Made by a program: the position numbers and the translations under genes. The notes under the pieces were generated by a model that saw nothing but the letters and a program-made list of their open reading frames with translations, was not told the origin of the DNA and did no database searches. A stretch of 64,000 nucleotides of DNA, taken from assembly GCF_006345805.1 (NCBI RefSeq), contig NC_043000.1:134664001-134728000 (forward strand). Reading direction: 5' to 3'. Below, one piece after another: positions 24,613-36,217 of this stretch (position 1 is its first letter; each line of letters begins with the position of its first letter). This stretch comes from Octopus sinensis (lineage: Eukaryota).

Positions 24613-25719
24613 TAATAATAATATTAATACTTGTAATATTAACAAGACCAAAGAAACTCATCATATATGATGTGATGGCTATAAAGAATAGCTTGAGTGG
24701 TGAGTAGATGCAATGCAGAGAATTGAAAGAAAATTTGAAAAAGTAGAATCAAATAGAATTAGATGTAGTGAAACACTAGTTGGTCTACTACTGGATGTTA
24801 ATACACTCTAAGATGCTGGTGATTGAAAGAGATGTTTTGACCTACATCGTTAAAACCACAGTAGAGCAAAAAATTAACTGGTAACATGTAAAAAAAACAC
24901 CCAATACACTCTGTAAAGTGGTTGATGTTAGGGAAGGGAATCCATCTGCAGAAAGCAAGCCAAAACAGATGACTGGAGCCTGGTGCAGCTATCTGGCTTA
25001 CCAGCTCCAGTCAAACTGTCTAGTCTATGCCAGTATGGAAAACAGGTGTTAAAACGGATGATGATGATGTATGTTTATGAACATATATTAAAGACATATG
25101 TGCACGGGGAGGAGGCATACAACTACACACACTATAATCATCATTTTTATATCCACTTTTTCTAAGCTGTCATGAGTTGGCCAAGAGTTATTGAAGCAGT
25201 ACTGCACAGCTGGATAGCCTTCGTGTCACCAACACTTACTTGTGAAACAAATTAGATAACCTTTATTACATAGTTTTCACACACAAGACAAAGCCACTGA
25301 GCAATGGAACATATTGTTTACATGAAGTGTAAACATTGTCACTGTCTTGGTTTAGCCAGATGTTTCCACCAATTGATTAAAACTCTCACTCACCAATGAA
25401 TTACTACAAATAAATATACACATCGTGGATGTCAGTGCTTGTTGCCTGGCATATGTCAAGTGATGAGAGAGGGGTTAAATTCAATACATCATTAGATATA
25501 GACAGGTGTTAGCAGTAATAATACATATGCTCTTGTATGCCTATGAGTAAAAGGGTAAAACTCCCTTGGGTCATGAATGACCATGGGATTGCACCTAGAA
25601 AGTTCCCTTCCAAGGTACAAGTCTGGGCAAGATTGTTTAAGGAAGACCAGCTGTCACCCATGCACAATAGCCTCCCCGCTCCATGCCACTGATGGCCAAG
25701 AGAAAGGCAAAGGCTGATA

Positions 25720-25892
25720 CAGCATATCACCACTGATGATGTCGCAACTCATTTCTGCAGCTGAGTGAACTGGAGCAACATGAAATAAAGTGTCTTGCTC
25801 AAGAACACAACATACAGTCTGGTCTGGGAATTGAACTCACTACCTCATGATTGTGAGCCTGATGCTCTAATCACTGAGTCATGTGCATTCCC
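25720..25892 (-). mobile_element. third tRNA-headed SINE type (gtgttcttgagcaagacact core)
   Basis: B-box-like GAGTTCAATTCCC followed by the conserved core; related copies at ~46735-46985 (-) and ~40880-41110 (+). Confidence 0.6.
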
Positions 25893-26781
25893 ATATATGA
25901 CTATGAACATCCATAGTAAAAACATATAGACATACATGCATAGGGAAATATATATCTACACATAAACACACACAATCATCTTGATCATTTTTCTATGCTG
26001 CCGTGAATTGGCCAAGAGTTATTGAAGTGGTACTGCACAAGTGGATAGCTTTTGTGTCACCAACACATACTTGTAAAGTAACTTTTATTACAGAGTTTTC
26101 ACACAAGACAAAATCATCAAGCAATGAAACATTCTGTTTGCACGAAGTGTAAACATTGTCACTATTTTTGTTTATAATGGTAACAATGTGAATATATGTG
26201 GAAACACATACACACACACACACACACACATAGAGACAATAGGTTTCAAGCAGTTTCCATCTACCAAATTTCTCTTACACTCACCCAAGGTACCTCACAA
26301 TAGGATGGGACCTGAAACCTGGGTAGGCTAGGATGCAGACATCTAAAATTGCTCTATTTTTTTTGTTTTTGTGACCACCATGTGACAATTAGATGAAATT
26401 TTGCACAACAGTAGAGAAAAATATGAATAACAACCACACAAACTTGTCAAGCGTGAAAAGTGCATATTAATGAGATACCATACTTTTATATTTCATAATT
26501 ACATCTGTCGCCCTCTTGAATCCAAAATAGAAACTAGGCCAATGGCATGTGTGTTAGACTGCTTTTTTATTGTGAAGGAATGTCATGTATAGAATGTTGA
26601 AACAAATCTGATTTCAGAATAAATAAGATTGTGAACTTAAATTTACATACCATTAGAGGGTATTTTTCTTGGGTTTTTTACTTGAAATGTTTTCAGTTAC
26701 TGAGACATGTTTGCAAACCATTTACATTAAATGGGAATGGGAGAGGGGGGGGGGTTATGAAGGGTACATTTTGTCTGACCT

Positions 26782-27239
26782 TAGTTAGTTAGTTAGTTAA
26801 TTTGGCTCAAAAGCAAATAGCAAGGCCATGTAGGGGAACATGGAGTTAAGTACAGGGTGGTGTTCATGTAAAGAGTTCAGGCCACTTGAGGTCCAGGGAG
26901 GCTTTGAACAAAGCGGTCGTCGGCATCTTCACCATCTCGTCTGGCAGCTTGTTCCACGGATCCGCAACCCGGACGGAGAAAGCTCCTCTCCTTCGATTGA
27001 GATGAAATCGTCGCAGGTAGAGCTTTTCGGAATGACCCCGCAGCCGACGCTCCGGAGCAGGAGTGAAGAACAGCTCTTTCTAGAGGTTACACTTCCCGCT
27101 TATGATGTTGTGGGCGAGAATGAGATCACCACGGCGGCGGCGTTTTTCAAGAGAACAAAGGTCGAGCGTCCTCAGCCTTCTTCGTAGGACAAATTTTTGA
27201 GACCATGAACCATGCGGGTAGCCAGCCTCTGGACTCTTT
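26782..27239 (-). mobile_element. second CR1-clade LINE 3' end with (TAAC)n tail
   Basis: Minus-strand frames give ERVQRLATRMVHGLKNLSYEE/RLRTLDLCSLEKRRRRGDLI...RGH...FSVRVADPWNKLP; GC-richer than flanks. Confidence 0.85.
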
Positions 27240-27982
27240 CCAAAGCATGTCAAATGTTAAGAAATACATGTAGTAATCTTTAAAAAGAATAATGATGATG
27301 ATCATAACAATAATACTTGTAATTTTAACAAGATCAAAGAAACTCATTTTTCTCTTGTCTCCCTCATCCCTGTGTTACACCTTATTCCTCTGCATCAGCC
27401 TCTTCTCTCATGCCCGTACCTCTATTTCCCACATTCTCTCTTGATTTCTTGCATGCATACACACACACACACATATATGCAGACATGCACACAGAGACAT
27501 CCCTCTCTCTCACTCTCTTCATTCCAAATAGAAAATTTTGAGAAATGATAAAAGTATTCACACATGCAATCATGATACCAATCTGCTTTATTATAAATAA
27601 CTTGGACATTTGACATATAGGACACAAAACAGTTATTGATATCCATTTTCAGCTTGTCTTCATTAATAACACTTTATATTGGTAGCTTATTAATAATTGC
27701 ATAAATCAAAACAAATATATTCAAAGGTCCCAAAGCAGTTTGTTATATGACCAAGTTGCATTGTCCATGTACAGTATGATAAATGCACTTCATACCTACA
27801 TCTGGCCATCATTTCAAAGCTAACTGTGTCTAACATCAATGCAGGATGAAAACTTTACCATAGAAGTAAATGTCTGTAAAATGATATTGTGGGTTTAAAT
27901 AGGAGAGTTCACTACCACTTCTGTAACTCACTGGAGAAATGACAAACTACGCTTGTAATGAATCACAGTTGAATGTGATGCA

Positions 27983-28850
27983 TCAATATGAAAACAAGTA
28001 AAATTCAAATTTACAGATAATCCAAGTCAACATTCTCATTTGAGGTGAGCTCTCACACCTCTGTTCTTCTTCCTCACCTTCCACATCATTTCCTGCTTGA
28101 GTTAAATTTTGGCAATTAATGCATCTACACAGAACTGCGCAGGTTACCTTGTGCTGTTGGCATGAGCACTGACCCTTTCCTTCACCTTTGGGATCCTCAC
28201 AGCTATTCTTCTTGCAACTGCAATAACTCAAGCAGAGCACATGATGCAGGTGGAAGACCACCCCCACACTACTTCTATAGTGGTATCTGTTACTTTCCAT
28301 CCATGGTTGTGTAGGCTGGGGATACTGGGAAACTGTTCAAGACATCCTGTAGCTACACCTGTTTGGTAGTTTGCCCTCATCAGGTGTTTCACCATGGCAT
28401 CATGTGTGGGAGGCATGTTCATCTCTGCTTTAGTGCCCATCAAGAACTTGTTATACCGTACTGTATTGACACGCAAACAGTCTACAAACAAAGTTCTCCA
28501 CTGTGTGTACCAGACCATCTTCTACAGAGAATGTTGCACCAAATTGTTGAAAGGCTGCTTAAAAATCAACAGATTCAGTCATGAGTTTTAAGGCTTTCTT
28601 CTGAGACCAGCCACAGAAACAGCTTGTTGACTCACAGCTTGTAAAACAATTAAGGCTGACGAGGGCATCTGCAACACTGTCTCTGAAATGATTTTGTATA
28701 GCTGTTAGATTAAGTGTATGCTTGTTGTTGCCTCTACCAGTGTGAAAGAGTAGCTGGGCCTGAATTTGATGAGCCTCAGTGTCTGGGCTCTTTATAATGA
28801 TTTTCTCTGAAAACGGGAGAACTCTTCCGTGAGTCTTAATCACATGCATG
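27983..28850 (-). mobile_element. degraded XPG/H3TH-like nuclease plus Cys-rich (CXC) ORF; AcademX-type DNA transposon remnant
   Basis: IIIKSPDT; ALVSLNCFTSCESTSCF; MPPTHDAMVKHLMRANYQ..HGW; CSCKKNSC..CSC..C..C.C..C across three frameshifted ORFs. Confidence 0.65.
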
Positions 28851-30474
28851 TAACATAACCTAGGGGTTACGAAGGGAACTTTTCACAACACAGTTACACA
28901 CATATATACACATACATGCAATTTTAAGGTAGAGAAGCTAATGATAAAGTGCCAAAATATAATTGGTGAAACGTTTAGGAAGCCCCTTTGTTAGTGCTCA
29001 CTATCAATCATCATCATCATCATTTAACATCCATTGTCCATGCTGGCATGTGTTGGACGGTTTGACCAGGGCTGGCAAGCTGCACCAGATACCAGTCTGA
29101 TTTGGCATGGTTTCTATGGCTGGATGCCTTTCGTAATGCCAATCACTCCAAGAATGTAATGGGTGTTTTTATGTGCCATTTGTGGGACACCAATATCTGC
29201 CACAACTGCGATTATACTTGGCCTGATGTGTCTTCTTCTCAAGCACAGCATAATGCCAAAGTTCTTGGTCATTTGTCATTGCCTTTGTGAGGTCTAACAC
29301 TCAAAAGGTGCTTTTCACATGCCACTTTGCTTTCGTGAGGCCCAACGCTCAAAAGGTGCTTTTTATGTGCCACTGGCATGGATGCCAGATATGTGACACC
29401 AGCACTGGCCATAACTATGATTTCACTATGATTTCATATCAATATATAGATTATATGGTGCTGTATGGGAAGCAAGAATGGGCAACAAAGACTGAGCACC
29501 TGCAGGAATTGGGGAGAAACAAGTTGAATATGGTCTAATAGATGTACAATATTAACTTTGAAGATGAGATGAACTGTGTGTTGTTCAATTGAAGAAACAA
29601 TCATGTATCAAAAAGATTCACAAATGGATTATAAATATTAGGCTAAAAAGTACAAGTGAAGGATGCATACTAGCTTAAAATGTATAGAGTAGGTAGTGTA
29701 GGGTACACAAAGCAGGGCCAGAGCAGGGAAGATCTGGGACGAAATAGTTAGCTTTGATTTGATACAATTGGGCACCTTGATAAGAGATAACGGAAGATCA
29801 AGATGCGTAGAAAGAAGCTATATTGAAAATATGTCTAACCTATATCTACAAAAAAAGAATGGATAATAAAAAGTAATGAGAGGAATGATAGATCAATCAG
29901 TCGAGTAAATAACTTACTTGAAAAATAAACAAAATAAAAACATTTCAGTGACTTACACATATCATTCAAGACTAGCAGAATGACATTGTAGTTTTGAAGA
30001 AACATTCAATCAAACTTTTAGCTGGAAAGTTATATAAATGGGAGAAGTTGACAATAGGTGCCAGCATGGTTGTGTTGTCAAGAAGCTTGCTTTGTGACAA
30101 CTGAGTTCTGGACTTGATCCCACTATGAGCCACCATGAGCAAGTGTATACTGCCAAACCCTTGGGTTGACTAACATCTTGCAAGTGAAATTTAGTAGATC
30201 AAAACTGGGAAGCTCACTGTATGCCTTTCTCACTGTGTGTCTAGCTGTGTGCAAGTCTACATGTGTCTCTGTGTATACTACTGTAAATTAATTTGTAACA
30301 TTTACTGTGGGAGTAGGGGACTGAGGTGAACTTGCTGAAAAAAGGAAGTAGTTCAATGTAAAATCAGCCACATGACAAGTAAAGTGTAAAACAAAGTGGG
30401 AGTTTCAGAGAAGAAAACTAAGAACTAGGGTTTGATATACAGAGTTCAATGATTGAAACCTGTAACTGAATACC

Positions 30475-30891
30475 TATTTCTTTACTACCCACAAGGGGCT
30501 AAACACAGAGGGGACAAACAAGGACAGACAAACGGATTAAGCCGTATATATTGACCCCACTGCATAACTGGTACTTAATTTATCGACCCCGAAAGGATGA
30601 AAGGCAAAGCCAACTTTGGTGGAATTTGAACCCAGAACGTAACAGCAGACGAAATACCTATTTCTTTACTACCCACAAGGGGCTAAACACAGAGGGGACA
30701 AACAAGGACAGACTAACAGATTAAGTCGTATATATCGACCCCTGTGCATAACTGGTACTTAATTTATCGACCCCGAAAGGATGAAAGGCAAAGCCGACCT
30801 TGGCGGAATTTGAACTCAGAACGTAACAGCAGACGAAGTACGGCTACGCATTTCACCCAGCGTGCTAACGTTTCTGCCAGCTCGCCGCCCT
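30475..30891 (-). mobile_element. SINE family C with internal ~185-bp duplication
   Basis: 22-bp TSD TTGAAACCTGTAACTGAATACC (30453-30474, 30892-30913). Confidence 0.9.
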
Positions 30892-31211
30892 TTGAAACCT
30901 GTAACTGAATACCATTAATAAATAATCACATGTCTACTGATTTGTCCTTAACTGGATACTCTGCTTGGCAAAATCTCTCAAGTTACAAGTATGTTTTGCC
31001 CAATGATAAAACGATGAGTTAAAAATAGTTTTGTGTGTGTGTGAGGGAGAGAGAGAGAGGGAGGGAAATCTACATTATCAACCTTTGACAGCAATAATCA
31101 AATGAGGCTTTTCATTTTTAGCAAGATTTGGAAAAACAATAAAATTTTCACACAGTAACTCCTGGCTTCTAAAATTTAAGCAAACTAGTTTGAAAATAAT
31201 GGCAAACTTAC

Positions 31212-31358
31212 CAGCCCAAGTCAGGCCAACAACAGTGATAAAGACCAAACCAGCTGCAGCTACGATTGAAATGATGAAGAAGTAGCGGAATTCTGATTTG
31301 GAGAGCACAGACTGGATGTACCTCAGAGCAGCATAAGCATTCAGTAGTGCAAATACAC
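31212..31358 (-). CDS. STT3B: STT3B exon: (G)VFALLNAYAALRYIQSVLSKSEFRYFFIISIVAAAGLVFITVVGLTWA(G)
   Basis: 147 nt; tttcag/gtaagt. Confidence 0.95.
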
Positions 31359-31645
31359 CTGAAATAAAAACATTTCTTTTGAGTGGGTATAAAATCATTT
31401 ATTTTCTTACAGAAGAGATTCAAATCAATGAAACCAAAATGGAGTCTAACTAGAGATTATAGATCAACTAGACTGACTTGTTACTAAATAGGCTAAACTC
31501 ACTGCCACTGAAAGCAATTAGTTGGATGATAAATACTAAGGAGTAATACAATTAAAATTCTTTGTAAAGGTTGTAAAGTACTAGAGTAGATATTGTCAAT
31601 ATCTAATTGCAACCAACATGGAAAATTTTACATAATATCAGTAAA

Positions 31646-31808
31646 TTATTTACATTATTTACATTATTTACATTCGACGGATATTTGTCCTCATCATGTT
31701 TGTTGTTAACACAATGTTTCGGCTGATATAACCTCCAGCCTTCATCAGGTGTCTTGGGGAAATTTTGAACCTGGGTTCTCGTTCCTAAGGTATTCTTCGA
31801 TGTTATTA

Positions 31809-31843
<35 letters not shown>

Positions 31844-32147
31844 GTTATTGTTCAGGTCAGTGCTTGGAATCGAACTCGGAATCTTGGGGTTAGTAGCCTG
31901 CGCTCTTAACCCCAAAATTCCGAGTTTGATTCCAAGCAGTGACCTGAACAATAATAATAATAATAATAATAATAATATCGAAGAATATCTTAGGAATGAG
32001 AACCCAGGTTCGAAATTTCCCCAAGACACCTGAAGAAGGCTGGAGGGTATATCAGCCGAAACGTGTTAACAAGAAACACGATGAGGACAAATATCTGTCA
32101 AAATGTAAATCATGTACATAATTCCTCATCTCTTAGATATAGAACTG
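31646..32147. mobile_element. palindromic tRNA-headed element with hammerhead-like motif in each arm (Penelope-associated type)
   Basis: Inverted arms around a 14-nt spacer (31893-31906); 13-bp direct repeat TAATATCAGTAAA at 31633-31645 and 32148-32160. Confidence 0.85.
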
Positions 32148-33113
32148 TAATATCAGTAAAGTTTGATAAAGGACAAAAATTTGAACTTTTTCAAATGATT
32201 CTGATTCTTGTTGTGTGTAGAGTTTTACAAAAGAGAATTTGATTTATTTTTATGAACTTTTACACTATTTGTTCTCTTTGTTTAGCACGAGAACTCAACA
32301 CTGTGTGGCTCAATTAGTTTCATAAATATGTCTAAATACATTGCATTATTAACAGAATACATGATGACAATTTCAATTAGAACTCACAACAAATCTGTGA
32401 ATGCAGCATGTTAAGATCTTGCCACTATTATTACATAGCAGTTGTCATACATTTTTTATCAAAAATAATAATTTAAATAAAGAACCATCAAGAAGACTGT
32501 TAAGCTTAGCTCATGAATGCTTGTTTTCATTCAAGCAATTTTTTCATTTATCTATACAACCTCTGTTGTGTAAATAAAAACAAACAAAACATTAAGATTA
32601 ATGGTTTACTTATAATTATTGAAATTATTAGGTTTGGTTATAAGGAAGTATGTATGATGAACATTGTAGAATGGTGAAAAGCATCTTTACTTGTTTAATA
32701 ATTCTTCATGTAAGAAACATCGAAATATAATGAATTTAATTAAATTAGGAACATAAAAATGACTTTTCTCAATTTCTGGTTCTACAATTTTCTCGTTTTG
32801 TTTGCATGAGAACAGAGGTGGACTGTTATTTTAAACACCCACCCACCATCTGTATCAACAAACCTTGACTTGTATTCTTGAAAATAAAGCTACGGCATTG
32901 ATCCTTTTAAACTAGGAAGATTTAAAAACAGGTTGCAGCTTGTTAGGAGCTTGCTTTTGATTCTATGCTATTTATAGAAATATAGTTAAACTAAACATAA
33001 TAAAGAATCACTGAGAAAAGAAACAGAAAGTATAGAAAATAGGTATGGTAAGAGAAGGAAAATGATCCTGTTTGTTATTAGATGATTAAAATAAAACAAA
33101 TACAGATTCATAC

Positions 33114-33212
33114 CTGCTGCAGCCATATGTTCACTGGTACGAATAGGTTGAAATCCAACGAATGGGATTTGCATTGACAACAACAATCCAACGATGTAGA
33201 ACGTCGTGTATG
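33114..33212 (-). CDS. STT3B: STT3B exon: (A)[32 protein letters not shown](G)
   Basis: 99 nt; ttctag/gtatga; overlaps ORF track 32986-33186. Confidence 0.97.
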
Positions 33213-33413
33213 CTAGAAGTAGTGAGAAAACACATCTAAAATATTTTTACAGTAATATTTAAAAGAGAATTATAAATATTTTAAAACACTTAATTACTGG
33301 ATATTTAAAACAAAAAATCTAAAAAGAATAAAAACCAAAACAGACTAGTAGTATAGCATGTTGTCTTCTATTCTATCAACATTTTGTATTTTACGCAACA
33401 TTATTTTACAAAT

Positions 33414-33587
33414 AGGCGTAGGAGTGGTTGTGTGGTAAGTAGCTTGCTTACCAACCACATGGTTCCGGGTTCAGTCCCACTGCGTGGCACCTTGGGCAAG
33501 TCTCCTACTATAGCCTCAAGCCGACCAAAGCCTTGTGAGTGGATTTGGTAGACGGAAACTGAAAGAAGCCCGTCGTATATATGTATG

Positions 33588-33623
<36 letters not shown>

Positions 33624-33847
33624 TATATTTATTATGTGTGTGTATATGTTTGTGTCTGTGTTTGTACCCCCAACGTTGCTTGACAATCGATGCTGGTGTG
33701 TTTACGTCCCCATAACTTAGCGGTTCGGCAAAACAGATCGACAGAATAAGTACTAGGCTTACAAAGAATAAGTCCTGTGGGCGATTTGACTTGACTAGAG
33801 GCGGTGCTCCAGCATGGCCACAGTCAAATGACTGAAACAAGTAAAAA
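33414..33847 (+). mobile_element. tRNA-headed SINE family B
   Basis: GTGGTTGTGTGG / GGTTCAGTCCC A/B-box-like motifs, internal microsatellite, tail gaaacaagtaaaa. Confidence 0.88.
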
Positions 33848-35249
33848 TACAATAATATATATTTATTTTTAGTAGATATTTGTTTAGAATTTAACCAAAC
33901 TTGGTTGTTGAGTAAACAACTCCTCAATAGGTAATTTTAGCATTCACACTGGGGTATAGCATAGTTAACATTGACGTTTGAGGCTTGGATATGCAATGTT
34001 AAGATGGATTTACAGAAAAAATTAAAGTTAAACTGTGAATATTCAAAGTAACTGGAGACAAATGTAGAATAGAGAACCAATGACAGTTGTTTCATAATGT
34101 AATGTTAGTTGATCATTTATGATGAAAATAAATACTTATCATAAGAGTATCATTTGTTCATTGGTTTATTTTTACATCTATTTTCCATCCTAGCATGGGT
34201 TAGAGAAATATATTATTGAGGCAACGTTTTACAGCTAGATGCTCTTACTGTCACTGACCCTTAGCTGTTTTTTGAAGTAAGGGATCTCTTATTTCATATG
34301 TCTTTGAAGTGGATGATTTGCTGACAGATAAATGACAAAACCACCACTTGTGGCTCAGTGATTTTGGAGAAATGCAAATGTGAACAAACATACCCTCAAC
34401 ACACACATACACATAATGGGCCTCTTTCAGTTTCTCTCTACATAATCCACTCACAAGGCTATTATATCATCACCATTTAATGTTTTCCATGCTGGCATGG
34501 GTTGGACAGCTTAACTAGAGCTGGCAAGGCCAGGAGCCACAGGTTCCATAGTCTGTTCTGGCTTGGTTTTTATGGCTGGATGCCCTTCTTAATGCCAACC
34601 ACTTTACAGAGTATACTGGGTGCTTTTTATGTGGCACCAGCACCAGTACTTTTTGTGCGGCACCAAAGCCAGTAATTTTTACATGGCATCAGCAGCATCA
34701 TAATAATTTATCTTCATATGGACTGAACTAGAAAAAATAATCTGAAGTTTTGGCAGAGTAAATCAAACCCTCTGTACTCTACAGGTTAAAAGCAAAGCAG
34801 TTTTACATTATTAGATATTATTTCTCAGACTACTTACTTTCATTGTATATTACATGGCATTCATTAATTTTTTTGTTGTTTGTTAGCATGGGTTGGATGA
34901 ATGGATATTATTTTATAAACAGATGCTCTTCCTGTCACAAACCCTTAAATATGTTTTTCAAATAAAAGATTTATGCTACTTGTCTTTGAAAGCACAGTGC
35001 TAAAGGATGAGTTGCTAACAGGATATGCCAATATAACAGTATTGTTTTTTCAATTTCATGCAAAGTTACATTTGCATGAATACAAATACACACATACGAG
35101 TTTCCATCAATGAATTCCACTCACACGGTATTGGTTAAGCTAAAGCTGAAAACATTTGTTCAATGTATCACATTTTGAGATAGAAACAACATGGTTAGAA
35201 AGTGAACTTCATGTCCATATAGCCATGTTTGCATCTGTTGTATGATTGA

Positions 35250-35640
35250 GACAGCATTCACCCGGGGTGGGTTGAGCTGGCTTCATTCATCTTCAATGCT
35301 GCAGCTCTCACAAATGCCGACCAGGCCTGGCAATTTGGGGCTAACGACTGCATGATCTCCAACCTCTCCTTATTCCAGCGGCGAACACCGTAGATATGGG
35401 GGCCTAGGTTTGGTTCCGGATCAGCCTTGACTGTCATCAGCCAGGTTGTTCGTTGTCCACCATATCGCTTTCGCCAACCCTGAAGGGGAGCTGGGGCAAT
35501 TGCTTCGTAAATGAATTCTCCTGGTTGACGACGGAGGGCATGACCCAGCCAATGCAGACGTCTTGTTAGGATGACTTGTCGGAAGGAGGTGATTTTGCAC
35601 CTCCCCCATCTGTTGTATATAACAACTGGAGAATAGGTGT
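35250..35640 (-). mobile_element. RTE LINE 3' end (different family)
   Basis: RRLHWLGHALRR...GGQRTTW...AWSAFV (ORF 35258-35722). Confidence 0.8.
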
Positions 35641-35795
35641 TATGCTCCAGCTGGGAAAAGTCAACAAAAAGAATTGTTTGAGCTACTTCAACATTTATTG
35701 ATTTGATCTTGATATAAATCATAATGCTTAATATATACTAATGCTTGAATATATTGAACTATCACTGACAGTAAATTAAAAAATTTTCTACTTAC

Positions 35796-35895
35796 CAATA
35801 TAAATTCGCCTAGAATATCGTTTCATCAGCAATAACACAAAGACATGAAGTGGGATTAAGTTGATGATGAAAACGTACCCACCCCAAGCTGATAC
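35796..35895 (-). CDS. STT3B: STT3B exon: [33 protein letters not shown](A)
   Basis: 100 nt; ttgcag/gtaagt. Confidence 0.97.
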
Positions 35896-36217
35896 CTGCA
35901 AAAAGAAAAAAAAAATTTAGGTAAAATGAAAAAAAGGAAATTAAAGTAATTTGTTTTAATCTAAAGAAACATTATGCAATTAAACATTTCTGTAAAGAGC
36001 TTCAAATTGCGAAAAGAAACTTACTTCCACATGTATTGAAAGACTTTGATTTAAAATTGCTTTAATCTTTGGCAAAATATTTAAATTATGAGCAGGAATA
36101 CCATTATTTTATATGATTTCTCTTTTAAAAGAACTTTCTGAAACAATTAAGAATACTGACATCAAATCTTTCGATTAAAAAAAAAAAAAAAAAAAGAATG
36201 CCCCAAAATTCTTAATA

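Noticed and set aside
31745-32033. Mirror-image 94-aa ORFs on both strands
   Set aside because: Artefact of the palindrome and (TTA)n tracts; poly-L/poly-N with no coding signal.
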